Below are positions 27,249-37,700 of a DNA stretch of 64,000 bases, piece after piece; the first letter of the stretch is position 1, and each line of letters begins with the position of its first letter. The position numbers were made by a program, and so were the translations under genes. This DNA comes from a virus. Below the pieces are notes generated by a model. It had not been told where the DNA came from and ran no database searches. It saw only the letters and a program-made list of their open reading frames with translations. Location: positions 64,001 to 128,000 of IMG/VR virus record IMGVR_UViG_3300050821_009780; one strand, given 5' to 3'.

Positions 27249-27913
27249 CACCCGTTCGGCCTCGCAATCTCGGGGGGCGGCCACGGCTCGGTCCACTGCC
27301 CGGCCTCGACCATCTTCCTGGCCTGCTGGAACAGCAGCTCGTCGTACTGCATGCGCCCGCCCTCGGTCATGCCCGCGCCGCGCAGGTGCTGCGCCCAGTG
27401 GTGGGTGAAGCTGTAGCCGGTGCGGAGCCGGGACCGCCAGCCTTGCCGTGACCCTCGGTAGCTGAACCAGTCATCTGTGTAATAATGACAGGTGAGCAGC
27501 GGGACGATCTTCTCCAGCTGCGCCCGGGACACGAACGGCAGCGCGGTCATGCTGACCTCAGCCCAGTCCCGGCCGACGACGCCGACCTGCGGGCAGGACT
27601 GGGGGTAGCCGTCCGGAGCGTACACCTGCGGGGCGGGCAAGAAGCCGAGGTCGGCGGCCTCGACGGCCGGCTGCGCCCAGCCCGGGTGCGGCTCGATGTC
27701 ATCGCAGGTGAAGTGAAAGTACCGGGCACGGGTGCTGGCCCGGTCCAGCCCGGCCTGCCAGGCGGCCCCGCAGGTGGGGTGGTTGCGCTCGATGATGAGG
27801 TTCAGCTCGTAGGCACCGCCGGCGCAGTCACGGTACGCCTGCCAGCAGCGCTCGAAGTGATCTTCCCGGCCATCGACTGTCGGAATTATTACACTGATGA
27901 CGGGAAGGCTCAC
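27248..27913 (-). CDS. GT2-like glycosyltransferase
   Basis: ISVIIPTV, FHFTCDD, YYTDDWFS. Confidence 0.8.
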   Translation of the reverse strand: MSLPVISVIIPTVDGREDHFERCWQAYRDCAGGAYELNLIIERNHPTCGAAWQAGLDRASTRARYFHFTCDDIEPHPGWAQPAVEAADLGFLPAPQVYAPDGYPQSCPQVGVVGRDWAEVSMTALPFVSRAQLEKIVPLLTCHYYTDDWFSYRGSRQGWRSRLRTGYSFTHHWAQHLRGAGMTEGGRMQYDELLFQQARKMVEAGQWTEPWPPPEIARPNG

Positions 27914-28638
27914 GTCTCCTCGATCCACGTGCTGAGGTACCCGCACTCGCGGCGCCCCTTGACCTCGTAGTACTGCTGCGGCGGGTAGTGCTGGCTGAAG
28001 CACCGCGACTGGACCTGATCGAGCGGGGGCTGCGGCTGGTAGCCGAACTCGCCGATGTCCTGCGCCCGGCTCAGGGCGGGCCGGAGGACGTCGTAACCCC
28101 GGCGCTGGCACCACGCCTGATCGATCCACTGGTACCAGTCCCCGTACCGGGACTCCGCCCAGGCAGCGCTGAGCAGCGCCCACTTCTCCCGGTGGAAGCC
28201 GTGCAGCCAGCCGATGGTCTGGGTACGCCAGACAGCGGCGGGGCCGCCGTCCAGGGCGGTATCGCGCCAGCAGGACAGGGCGAGGACGGTAGGGTCGTCG
28301 CGGTAGTTGTCGCGGTGCCAGGCGTGCAGCTCCAGCGCGTCATCGGAGGGCAGGTAGTCGTCCGAGGCGAGCACGGCGTAGCCCGCCCGGCGGCAGCCGA
28401 TGTCCAGCGCCTGCTGGGTATTGCGCGAGGCACCGAGCTGCTTCAGGTTGACATAGACGTACCGCTCGGCGAAGTCCACCGACCAGCACAGCTCCCGCAC
28501 CTCCTCGCAGCCAGGCTCGCAACAGAACTGGAGGACGGCATCTTCGATACCGCGGACCTTGGACCAGGCGTCCAGGGTCTGCCGGAGGTAGTCCGGGCGG
28601 TTCCAGGCGGTGAAGGCGACAGCGGTGCGCTCAGCCAC
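27910..28638 (-). CDS. GT-A fold glycosyltransferase (paralog of 26538..27248)
   Basis: FTAWNRPDYL, EPGC, VLASDD, SRAQDIG. Confidence 0.8.
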   Translation of the reverse strand: MAERTAVAFTAWNRPDYLRQTLDAWSKVRGIEDAVLQFCCEPGCEEVRELCWSVDFAERYVYVNLKQLGASRNTQQALDIGCRRAGYAVLASDDYLPSDDALELHAWHRDNYRDDPTVLALSCWRDTALDGGPAAVWRTQTIGWLHGFHREKWALLSAAWAESRYGDWYQWIDQAWCQRRGYDVLRPALSRAQDIGEFGYQPQPPLDQVQSRCFSQHYPPQQYYEVKGRRECGYLSTWIEET

Positions 28639-29068
28639 GGCCGGCCTCCAGCACCCGGCGGCGGATCTCGGTGGTGGAGATAGACAGGCTCTGCCGGTAG
28701 GGCACCCAGGCGAGGATGACCCCCTGGGCATCGAGCCAGTCCTGGGTCACGCCGACCTGGGCCAGGTAGTCCTTCCCCCGGCCCGGTGCCCAGTCCGTCC
28801 CGATCGCGAGCACGTCCGGATGGAATTCGGCCACCATCTCCTTGCCGGCCGAATCGTTCAGCCGGGTCTCGTAGCCGAGCAGATGGAGCGCCAGGATACG
28901 CTCCCGCTCACTCATGATCGGGGCGGGCTTGAACTCCCGCACGAACCGGTCGGTATTAATCCCGACGACGAGCCGGTCGCCGAGAGCCGCGCACTGCTGG
29001 AGAAATGCCACGTGCCCGAAATGCAGGATATCGAACGTGCCGATGGTCAGCACCAGCCGGGGACTCAC
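28631..29068 (-). CDS. Cytidylyl/adenylyltransferase (TagD / RfaE-II family)
   Basis: GTFDILHFGH (HxGH), VVGINTD, IGTDW, ISTTEI. Confidence 0.85.
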   Translation of the reverse strand: MSPRLVLTIGTFDILHFGHVAFLQQCAALGDRLVVGINTDRFVREFKPAPIMSERERILALHLLGYETRLNDSAGKEMVAEFHPDVLAIGTDWAPGRGKDYLAQVGVTQDWLDAQGVILAWVPYRQSLSISTTEIRRRVLEAGRG

Positions 29069-29697
29069 TCGCACCACCGGAAACACGGGACGGGGATCTC
29101 CGGCCGCTCGTGCGGCTGAGCAGGCTTCGGCTGCGGCCCGTTCTGCGTGGTGTCCCAGGCGGACCACTGGTAGTCGTACACCGGGCGGCGCAGCAGCACC
29201 TCGTGCTTCAGCAGCGGCAGCACGCTGTTCACGTACACCATGTCCTCACCGGTGTAGCCGTACCCGCCGCGCAGGAAGGTGCCCTGCTTCGCCAAGCTGG
29301 ACCGCACCGGGTTCATGTGGGTGAACCGGCGCTGGTAGCCGGAGTCCCGGTTGCCGGGCTGCAGGGCGATGCTCACGTCGGTGTAGAAGCCGGGGGTGCC
29401 GTGGTTGATGTGCCGCCAGCCGACCACGTCCGGGTCGCTGCGCAGCGCCTCCAGGATGTCGGCCACGTAGTACGAGGCGACCTTGTCGTCGTCGTCCACG
29501 AAGCACAGGTAGTCACCCTCGGCGGCGTACAGCAGCCGCTCGCGGTACGCCTCCAGCAGCTCCTCGCCCTGGTTCTGCAGGGCCACCACCTCAACTTGCT
29601 CGGCGGCGGCCTGGCACTGCGGCAGCAGCTCGCTGAGCAGGTGCAGGAACTTGTGCTGCCGGCGGGCGAGGGTGGGGATGAGGACGGACAGTCTCAC
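29065..29697 (-). CDS. GT2 glycosyltransferase
   Basis: LSVLIPT, GDYLCFVDDDD, GED. Confidence 0.85.
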   Translation of the reverse strand: MRLSVLIPTLARRQHKFLHLLSELLPQCQAAAEQVEVVALQNQGEELLEAYRERLLYAAEGDYLCFVDDDDKVASYYVADILEALRSDPDVVGWRHINHGTPGFYTDVSIALQPGNRDSGYQRRFTHMNPVRSSLAKQGTFLRGGYGYTGEDMVYVNSVLPLLKHEVLLRRPVYDYQWSAWDTTQNGPQPKPAQPHERPEIPVPCFRWCE

Positions 29698-30362
29698 AGC
29701 GTCGCCCGTATCCAGCCGTTCTGCGGCTCAGCATCATAAGGCGGCACCCCGTCCGGGTAAGGGTAAGGGATGACCTCCAGCCGGTAGGCGGACAGCATCT
29801 CCTGGCAGGTGTCCCGCAGCGCGGGGGAGTGCCATTCGACCAGCCACTCGGTGCGGCCCATGAGGGTGCCGGCCCCCTCCAGCACCCGGACCTCGCCACC
29901 CTCGGTATCCACCTTCACCAGCTGCGGCACCCCGTACTGCGCGGCGAGGGCATCCAGGGTGACGCACCGGACGGTACGACGGCCGGTCTCGCCGCTCCAC
30001 CACAGATCCGGGGAGTGCCCGACCAGCTCCGGGGCCAGCAGCTCCCCGCCCTGGATGGCGCCCGCGCACACGGACAGCTCCAGAGTGCCGGTGCGCTCGG
30101 CGGCAGCCCCCTGGAGGAGGGTGACCCGGCCGTCGCTGCCGAACTCCCGCACGAGCACCTCCCACGCCTCGGCGGACGGCTCCAGCGCCACCGCCCGGCG
30201 GAACCGCCCGGCGGTCACCATGGCCCGCAGCGACTGGCCGTGGTTGGCGCCTACGTCAAAGGCGAGGTCTCCCTCGAAGTTCCACAGCCAGTAGTGCAGC
30301 GGGACCGGGTCGTTGGTCTCGTAGGAGACCCCGTTGTACTGGACCGGCGTCATCCCTGCCAC
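29694..30362 (-). CDS. FkbM-family methyltransferase
   Basis: FDVGANHG, ALEP, VTLD, VKVDTEGGEVRVLEGA. Confidence 0.85.
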   Translation of the reverse strand: MAGMTPVQYNGVSYETNDPVPLHYWLWNFEGDLAFDVGANHGQSLRAMVTAGRFRRAVALEPSAEAWEVLVREFGSDGRVTLLQGAAAERTGTLELSVCAGAIQGGELLAPELVGHSPDLWWSGETGRRTVRCVTLDALAAQYGVPQLVKVDTEGGEVRVLEGAGTLMGRTEWLVEWHSPALRDTCQEMLSAYRLEVIPYPYPDGVPPYDAEPQNGWIRATL

Positions 30363-31312
30363 GCCCCGTTCCGGTCAAACTTGCGGAAGTACTCGTAGGT
30401 GCGCTTCATCCCGTCGGCCAGGTCCATCTCCGGCTCCCAGCCCAGCGCCCGCAGGTGCGAGTCGTCCAGGGACTTGCGGAAGGTAATCTGCCCCGGCGGC
30501 GGGACCTCCACGATGCACGACTTGCTCCCGGCCAGCTCTCTGGCCATCTGAGCCAGCTCCAGGACCGGGTAGTGGTCGTCGTTGCGGCAGACGTTCCAGG
30601 TGCCAGCCTTGCCGGCCTCCAGGATGGCGGCCAGGCCGCGCACGCTATCGCCGACCCAGGTGAGGCAGCGCTCGGTGCCGAGGTGGACGCGCAGGTCCAT
30701 CCCGTGCTCGGCCTCCCAGAGCATGGAGTGCAGCACGTTGTATCCGACGGTACCGGGCTTGCCAGAGATGTGCGGCTTCTCGGCCGTCCGGGGCGGCCAG
30801 TAGGCGGGACCGTAGGGCATGTTCAGCCGGGCGACCATGAGGCCCTTCGGGGCGTAGACCCGGCATGCCTCCTCGCCCCACTTCTTGGACAGGCCGTACA
30901 TGTTGACCGGCCGAAGCTGCGAACCGGGGCCGACGGTGCCGCTGTTGGCGGACTCGCCGTACACCTCGGAGGAGGACATGAACATGAGCCGGGAGCCGTA
31001 GTGCGCGCAGTCGCGGGCCAGCTGCCCGGTGAGGCCGGCGTTCATGCCTGCGGTCTTGTGCATGTCCACCTCGCCCCACACCCGGCCGTACAGCGCGGCG
31101 AGGTGGACCACGACATCAGGGCGGCGGTCCTCCAGCCAGTCCTCGCGGGCCTCGCGGCAGTTCAGGTCGAACAGGCGGAAGGTATCCCAGACCGGCTCGG
31201 TGGTGTTGGGGTAGACCAGGTCCTGGGCGTGGACCTCGTGGCCGCAGCGGTGCAGCTCGGCGAGCAGCCAGCCGCCGACATATCCTGACGCGCCAGTAAC
31301 AGCGATTCTCAT
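30350..31312 (-). CDS. NAD-dependent sugar epimerase/dehydratase
   Basis: MRIAVTGASGYVG, VVHLAA, SSSEVYG, YGLSK (YxxxK). Confidence 0.9.
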   Translation of the reverse strand: MRIAVTGASGYVGGWLLAELHRCGHEVHAQDLVYPNTTEPVWDTFRLFDLNCREAREDWLEDRRPDVVVHLAALYGRVWGEVDMHKTAGMNAGLTGQLARDCAHYGSRLMFMSSSEVYGESANSGTVGPGSQLRPVNMYGLSKKWGEEACRVYAPKGLMVARLNMPYGPAYWPPRTAEKPHISGKPGTVGYNVLHSMLWEAEHGMDLRVHLGTERCLTWVGDSVRGLAAILEAGKAGTWNVCRNDDHYPVLELAQMARELAGSKSCIVEVPPPGQITFRKSLDDSHLRALGWEPEMDLADGMKRTYEYFRKFDRNGAWQG

Positions 31313-32460
31313 GCGGTGAAGTACTCCGTTTTCAGCAGTCCGGCCGCCGTCAGCGGCGCGTGGTGGCCGTTCCCGTTGCCGTTCGTCGGCGGCAGGGGCG
31401 GGCAGAGCTTCTCGCTCAGCACGGCAGCGGCCAGCTCCAGCCCGGCCCGGCGGTCCTCGGTGCGGCACCTGACCTGCAGGTCCCACAGCACGCCCATCGC
31501 CCGCACCACGCGCCGGGAGTCCACGCTGTGTGCCAGCAGCAGGCGGCCCTGCAGGGCCTCGCCCTGGGCGGCAACCGTGCCCCCGGCGGACAGCACCAGC
31601 ACGTCGCGCAGGCAGGTAACCAGCTGCCGGGTAAGGGCGGGGTAGTCGCTGCAGGTGAGCAGCGCCCGGTCCAGCTCGGCGTACATCCCCTTGTGGTCGC
31701 CCTGCGCGGCGGCGGCGAGCAGGGCCGGGGCGAAGTCCTCGTCGCAGGTGAGCTGCTGCCAGGCGTCCAGGGTGACGATGTCCACCGACGCAGCCTGGTC
31801 GAGCAGCATGAGTCCGTCGCGCATGATCCCGTCGGCCCGGTCGGCCAGGTGGAGGAGCAGGCTGTCCTCGACGACAATGTCCTCGGCGGCGCAGACGTGG
31901 CGCAGCCGGGAGGCGATGACGGACGGGGCCAGCCGGGCGAACGCGAAGGGGATGCAGCGCGACCCGATCGTGTCCGGCACCTTGCCGTGCTCGGTGGTGG
32001 CGAGCACGAAAGCGGTGCGCGGCGGCGGCTCCTCCAGCGTCTTGAGCAGCGCGTTGGAGGCATCACGGCTCATGGAGTGGCACTCGTCGAGTATCACGAC
32101 CCGCCACTCGCCAGGGGCGCCGTACTGCACCAGGTCGCAGATGCTCCGGATCTTGTCCACGGTGCCGTTGGAGGCGGCGTCCACCTCGATCACGTCCAGG
32201 GAAGTGCCGCCGGCGACCGCCTTGCAGGACGAGCAGGCGGTGCAGGGCCAGGAGGCGGCCGGGCCAGGCGGCTCGTGGCAGTTGAGGGCGGCGGCGAAGA
32301 TGCGGGCGCTGGTGGTCTTGCCCGAGCCGAAGGCCCCGTAGAACAGCAGTCCGGCGGGCACGCGCTTGCGCTGGGCCATCCGGTTCAGCACCCCCGCCAC
32401 CTCGCGCTGGCCGACCAGCTCGGCGAACCGCTGAGGACGGTATTTCGTGGCCAGCCTCAT
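31309..32460 (-). CDS. dnaX: DNA polymerase III clamp loader gamma/tau subunit (gamma-length)
   Basis: LATKYRPQRFAELVGQ, GSGKTT, ALNC...C..C..C, EVDAAS, ILDECH, NALLKTLEEPP, SRC. Confidence 0.92.
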   Translation of the reverse strand: MRLATKYRPQRFAELVGQREVAGVLNRMAQRKRVPAGLLFYGAFGSGKTTSARIFAAALNCHEPPGPAASWPCTACSSCKAVAGGTSLDVIEVDAASNGTVDKIRSICDLVQYGAPGEWRVVILDECHSMSRDASNALLKTLEEPPPRTAFVLATTEHGKVPDTIGSRCIPFAFARLAPSVIASRLRHVCAAEDIVVEDSLLLHLADRADGIMRDGLMLLDQAASVDIVTLDAWQQLTCDEDFAPALLAAAAQGDHKGMYAELDRALLTCSDYPALTRQLVTCLRDVLVLSAGGTVAAQGEALQGRLLLAHSVDSRRVVRAMGVLWDLQVRCRTEDRRAGLELAAAVLSEKLCPPLPPTNGNGNGHHAPLTAAGLLKTEYFTA

Positions 32461-32732
32461 TGCGGTCTCCTGCCGATCGTGGTTCCCAGGAACACGTGCG
32501 CTGGGCTATCGGGTACGGGCGTGCTGGCCTTGCGCCGCACACCCTCCGGAATTCCCAGGGAGCAGCTGCCGGCGGCGGACTCGTCGGGCACCAGCTCGTA
32601 GCCGAACTCCATCTCGCACTGCGTGCAGCGCCAGTAGCAGAGCATGCCGCCCTCGGCCAGCTCCTCCTCCGGCTCGGCGGCGCCCCCGCAGTCGCTATCC
32701 AGGCAGGCGCGGTTCAGTTCGTAGCGTTCCAC
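32457..32732 (-). CDS. Zn-ribbon hypothetical protein
   Basis: CLDSDCG...CTQC. Confidence 0.55.
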   Translation of the reverse strand: MERYELNRACLDSDCGGAAEPEEELAEGGMLCYWRCTQCEMEFGYELVPDESAAGSCSLGIPEGVRRKASTPVPDSPAHVFLGTTIGRRPQ

Positions 32733-33859
32733 GGCAGCCTCTCCAGCAGGATGAGCAGGGCCAGCACGGCCTGCCGCGGAACGACCCCGTTGCCGAGGAT
32801 CTTCAGCTGGGCGTTGCGGGACAGGCCGTCCACCCCGGTGACCCAGCCCTCCGGCAAGCCGAGCATCCACTCCACGAAGACGGGGGCGAGCACGCGGTTG
32901 CCCTTGCTGCCCGGCTCCAGCGGGTGCGGCACCATCCGGCCGGTGACCTGCTGCCAGCGCAGGACGGCCCGGGAGTACTTGCCCCAGTCCACCACCGGGC
33001 CGCTGCCCAGGTGCTCGGCCAGGCCAGGGAGCAGCAGCTCCCCGCTGCGTGCCCCGGAGCGGTTCCTGTGGCCTCCGGTCACGTCGGCGACCTGCGGGGT
33101 GGGCAGGAGCGCGCCGGCCAGGGTCGGGTTACCGCGCTTGTACGCCAGGCTGCGCCGCTCCCCGTCAGCAGCTGCCGGGGTGGGGAGAAGGCTGCCCCCG
33201 GTGCCCATCATGTCGTTCTCCACCATGATCCGCAGGTCGGTGACCGAGGTGCGGCCCGGCTTCTTGCGCAGGTGGTTCTCCGGGGTGTTCTGGCTGTAGC
33301 TGGCGACCGGGGTGGGCAGCAGCTCGTGCTCGGCCTGGTCGGCGAGAGTGGGGCCGTGGCCGCCGGCCCGGCGCTTATCCGGGTGCTGGCTGCCGCCGTT
33401 GACGGCGAGCTGCGCGGTGGGGGTCTTCAGCAGACTGACCGCCTCGGGCAGGTCCGCGTCCGCTGCGGTGCGCGCCCGGCCGTCCCTGCGGACCCGGCCC
33501 ACCGACACGGTAGGGCCCTTGTGGTCGCTGGCCTGCGGGGTGGGCAGCATGGACAGCGTCTCGATGAGGGTGCCGCCCTCGCGGGCCTTGGCGGGGGTGA
33601 CCAGTCCGCCGTTACTGCCCAGCGTCGCCGAGGGCGTCGGGAGCAGCAGGCCATGCGGTGATGAAGATCCGCTCCCGCCGGTGGCAGGACCCGGCATCTG
33701 AGGCGCGTACATTCTGCCATTCCGCATCGTACCCGAGGGTGGAAAGGTCTCCGAGAACAGCTCCGAGTGCCCGCAGAGCATGTCCTGCCCTTTTTCCCAG
33801 ACAGATCTCGCAGGATTCCACGTCGCTATGGGCGGAGGCAGAGCATATCCCTCGGACAT
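32714..33859 (-). CDS. C5-cytosine methyltransferase, C-terminal subunit (variable region plus motifs IX-X)
   Basis: Six L(P/K)TP repeats; FVEWMLGLPEGWV; RNAQLKILGNGVVP. Confidence 0.8.
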   Translation of the reverse strand: MSEGYALPPPIATWNPARSVWEKGQDMLCGHSELFSETFPPSGTMRNGRMYAPQMPGPATGGSGSSSPHGLLLPTPSATLGSNGGLVTPAKAREGGTLIETLSMLPTPQASDHKGPTVSVGRVRRDGRARTAADADLPEAVSLLKTPTAQLAVNGGSQHPDKRRAGGHGPTLADQAEHELLPTPVASYSQNTPENHLRKKPGRTSVTDLRIMVENDMMGTGGSLLPTPAAADGERRSLAYKRGNPTLAGALLPTPQVADVTGGHRNRSGARSGELLLPGLAEHLGSGPVVDWGKYSRAVLRWQQVTGRMVPHPLEPGSKGNRVLAPVFVEWMLGLPEGWVTGVDGLSRNAQLKILGNGVVPRQAVLALLILLERLPWNATN

Positions 33860-34193
33860 TTTCGATTACCACCAGTTCCGGCCGGAGAATTCCGATTGCG
33901 TAAGCCATGTACGTCCACACGCCGCTGCGGGTGCCGGGGCGCAGCCCGGCCCGCTGGCCGGCGCAGGACACGTCCTGGCAGGGGAACCCCCCGCAGAAGA
34001 TGTCCACCGGCTCGACCTGGTCCCACTCCACGGTGCTGATGTCGCCCAGGTTCGGCACGTCCGGGTAGCGCTGCTTGAGCAGCAGGGACACATCCGGGTC
34101 GTTGTCGGCAACCCAGGCCAGCTCGGCGCCGAACACGGCCTCGACGGCCCCGTCCAGGCCGGCGTAGCCGGTGCAGGCCGACCCGAGCCTCAC
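33612..34193 (-). CDS. C5-cytosine methyltransferase, N-terminal subunit (motifs I-VIII)
   Basis: ACTGYAGLD, GDI, GGFPCQDVS, IENV, HRRERIF. Confidence 0.88.
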   Translation of the reverse strand: MRLGSACTGYAGLDGAVEAVFGAELAWVADNDPDVSLLLKQRYPDVPNLGDISTVEWDQVEPVDIFCGGFPCQDVSCAGQRAGLRPGTRSGVWTYMAYAIGILRPELVVIENVRGICSASAHSDVESCEICLGKRAGHALRALGAVLGDLSTLGYDAEWQNVRASDAGSCHRRERIFITAWPAAPDALGDAGQ

Positions 34194-34480
34194 CGGTGCC
34201 CCGCCACCCAGCGGTGATGCGCAGCCCGGACCCTCATGTGACGCGGCAGGGTAACAGTCATGATGGACTGCCAGCCGTTCCTCTTGGCCCGGAACCCGTA
34301 GGACGGCGGATCGCACATGGTGCAGAGCCAGCGCCACGGGTACTCTCCCCAGCCGTGGCTCTCAGCGTAGCCGCCCTTGCCGTAAAGGATGAACCGATCG
34401 CGCCAAACATAGAACCTGCGCTCGGTCGGGCGCCGGTAGTTCGTGCTGGGCGGGTTACGCCAGCTGGTCTGGATTTTCAC
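34190..34480 (-). CDS. Hypothetical protein
   Basis: VKIQTSW...WLCTMC...H...H; stop overlaps the MTase start. Confidence 0.5.
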   Translation of the reverse strand: MKIQTSWRNPPSTNYRRPTERRFYVWRDRFILYGKGGYAESHGWGEYPWRWLCTMCDPPSYGFRAKRNGWQSIMTVTLPRHMRVRAAHHRWVAGHR

Positions 34481-34694
34481 AGCCCCGCTCGTCCCCCAGG
34501 TCGTCGTCCAGAACGGCAGCGGCATCTGCCCGCAGCAGCTCCTCGTAACGCTCGTCGTCGGTCAGCAGGTTCACTTCCCTGGACGGCCGGCGCTCCTGCA
34601 CTGCATCGAGCAGCTCGCCCTGCTCCGCAGGACTATCCCCGAACTCCTGGCCGTAGCCGTGCGTCGGCTTGGTGAACCCCGGCGAGTCACACAC
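34455..34694 (-). CDS. Acidic hypothetical protein
   Basis: GTG with AGGAGG RBS. Confidence 0.5.
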   Translation of the reverse strand: MCDSPGFTKPTHGYGQEFGDSPAEQGELLDAVQERRPSREVNLLTDDERYEELLRADAAAVLDDDLGDERGCENPDQLA

Positions 34695-34715
34695 AGATCC
34701 TCCTTGGGCAAAAGG

Positions 34716-34757
34716 GCGGCCCGGCAGGCCACAAGGGGGGCGAGCCTGCCGGGCCGC
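34716..34757. terminator. GC-rich hairpin after the radical SAM gene
   Basis: GCGGCCCGGCAGGC...GCCTGCCGGGCCGC inverted repeat followed by CCTTTT on the minus strand. Confidence 0.55.
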
Positions 34758-34780
34758 AGGGGGTCGGGGGAACCCCTCCC

Positions 34781-37700
34781 TTATACGAGCCTGCTGAGGC
34801 CGACCGCGAAACCGGACGCTCCCAGCTCGTCCCGGCAGCGGGGGCAGTAGTCCATATCGAACACCTCGCCGAGCAGCCCGGCCGGGACGGCGGTGCCGCA
34901 GCCGATGCACACCGGGCGCAGCAGGCTGCCCTGGAGCGGGTCGGCACCGTCGAAGAACGCGAGCCGACGGGCGGTGTAGCGCATAGCATCCACCCAGGAC
35001 TTCTTGCCGCACAGCGGAGCGTACGCCTGGTAGGGGCCGAGCTTGCCGTTGAGGATCATGCGCAGCAGCAGCCGATCAGCGTCGCGGACCAGCCAGGCGT
35101 CGGCGATGTGATCCTTGGCGTTGGCCTCCTCGGCGCTCATGCCGGAGTAGAAACTTTCCTGTTTGAGCAGCACCCGCACCTCGGGAGCCTCATCGTAGGC
35201 GCGCAGGGCGGCGGCGAGGGCCTGCTCGCCTCCCGCCACCTCCAGCTCCCAGAAGGATTTGGGGGTCGCCGGAAGCTGGGACTCCTTGGGGTAAAGCATC
35301 CAGCTCTGAAGGGCCAGCCACGGGTCCAGCTCCGCCTTGAACCAGGCGATGAAATTGTTCATCTTGTGCGGCTGACGGGTGAGGCCGAACTCGGCGTAGT
35401 CCGTCCCGGCACTGCGGTCGCGGAACTTGTAGGCATCGCTGACGATGCGGACCGACCGCTTGGCGATGGGCGGGAACCCCTCGGTGTGCTCCTGGGCGCG
35501 GTAGGCGGCGCGGCGGATGGCGAACTTCCAGTGCGCGTTCGACACGAACCGGTGCTTCTCCGACCGTTCGTACCGGAACCGGACCTTGCACGCGACGGTG
35601 GTCTGATCGAGGGGGCGGACCGGCCGGGCCTCCAGGTCGCGGTCGGTCGCCTTGAGGTAGCCCTGGCGGATCTTCAGGTCGGTCTTGTCGCAGCAGCCGC
35701 AGGTGTTGCCGGAGCAGTGCTGGTCGCAGCGGGCAATCCACTCGCTGCCGCGGTAGCTCTCGTCGAACTGCTCGTCGTAGCTCTCGCTGTCGGTTCCCTC
35801 CAGGAACTGCACCATGTGCCGGTAGGCGCCCCACATGAGCTGCTTGGAGACGCCGGTGTCGATGTGCTCCCAGCCGAACAGGTCGTCCTCGCCCATCTCC
35901 AGGAACAGGTCGTCCAGCCCGTTGCGGAACCCGTGGTTCTTCAGCGCGGCGTTGAGCCGGTCCTTCATGTCCTTGGCGACGCCGCCCCAGCAGCCGGCGG
36001 CGAGGTCCTCGATCACGTCGGTGATGGCCTCCCCGGCGTCGCGGCTGGCCCGCTGGCACGCCTGGAACAGGGCGATCTTCTCCGGCTGGGCCTTGCTGCC
36101 GAGCTTCATCTCGATCCGCTGGTCGCGGAGGTCGGCCATGGCCTGCTGGAGGGTGTAGTCGGGGGCGGTGGGGGCGAACCACTGCATGGGGGTCTGCGCC
36201 TCGATGAGCAGCGGCGTCCAGGAGAACTGGATCCGCACGCCGGGCTGGCCGAGCTGCTCGCGGATCTCTGCCAGCCGCTGGCCGAGCCTGACGATCCGCA
36301 TGACATCCCCCGCTTCCTCGCCGGGCATGTTGGAGATCATGAACAGCTTGACCTTGCGGATGCCGGCCCGGATGGCACGGGTGACGGCCTCCTCGACGTC
36401 CTGGTCGGAGACGCCCTTGCCGATCAGGTCGCGCATCCGCTGGCTGTTGCCCTCCAGGCCGAGGGTGACCGCATCGGTACCGCCGAAAGCGAGCAGCATG
36501 GAGTAATCCGGGTCGCCGATGAAGTCATCTACCCGCATCGCCCCGGTATCCACCTCGTCGGACACCTGCTCCAGCAGCCCGCCGAGCAGCTCCTTCTTGC
36601 GGGTGTACATGGGGAAGTCGGGGCCGTAAGGAGACAACTCGTTCGATCCCATGTTGAGCCGCCACTGCCTGGCCTGCTCGATCAGGTACTCCACGCTGTG
36701 CTCGCGGTAGGGCTTGTCCACGTAGGTGAGGTGGCAGTTCATCGTAAACACGCCGTCCGCCAGCGAGAAGCGGTGCGAACCCGGCACAGTCAGGCAGTAG
36801 ACCTCCTGCGGCTTGTCCAGCGGCTCGATGGCCTCAACGCACCACCCGTGCCTTTCCGGCTTGACCAGGGTGTGCTGCATGAGCGGAGCGCTACGCGGCC
36901 CGAAGTTGGTTACGTCGGAACGGCTCTGACAGCAACCGACGTACACCCAGCCTCCCTGCGCAGCGTGTCGCTCCAGCCACTGGCTGGGAGACGTGTCGCC
37001 ATGGTGCTGAGCACTGTACTGCGCAGCAAGAACATAAGAGGTCTCCTTAGCACGCAGGGTGCCATCTGCGGCAAGCCAGCCTTCCAGGAACCCAGCTACG
37101 TAAGCGGTATCAACTGCGGGCGAAGGCCATGACTTGACATCGAAGGCGGCCCACCCATAGACCACAACATCACCCTTGGCGTAATCCGGGTTCTGAATGG
37201 AACTGACCCGGAGGTCAGGGCGGACAGCCCAAGAATCCCGGTCGTCCTGGTCAGGCTGCCAAAACTTCTCGAACCAAGGCCGAACGGCGGCGTCCTTGCC
37301 AAACAGGCGCACCTTGAAGGAACCCGACAGCACAGGCCGCCGTTCACCGGTAGAGAGCTTCCGCTGGTGGCCGTCCCCGAACAGGAACCCGTGCACCCGG
37401 CCGAGGTCGTAGCTCGACCCGTCGTACTGCACCGAGGCAGCAGCAGCAGGCACAAAGTCTCCAGCCCGTAGCGCATGCGTCTCCGTACCATCTACCAGCT
37501 CCCAGCCATGCGCCGCAGTGGCTGTGACCTGAACCCGATGCGTGGCCTTGGGGTTACGTCGCCAGGCTCCGTTCGCCGTTCCGCAGTCGGCGGGACGGAA
37601 GGTGATGCGCTGCACCGCCTGGACCCCGTGCGACTCTACGGTAGCGCTAGCCCAAGCCGCGCCATCCCAGACCTCAGCCTTCCCGACCCCGTGCAACCAG

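Noticed and set aside
33612-33859. Methyltransferase overlap as a sequencing frameshift or pseudogene
   Set aside because: Both ORFs have their own starts, complete complementary motif sets and a long dual-coding overlap, consistent with known two-subunit C5 methyltransferases.
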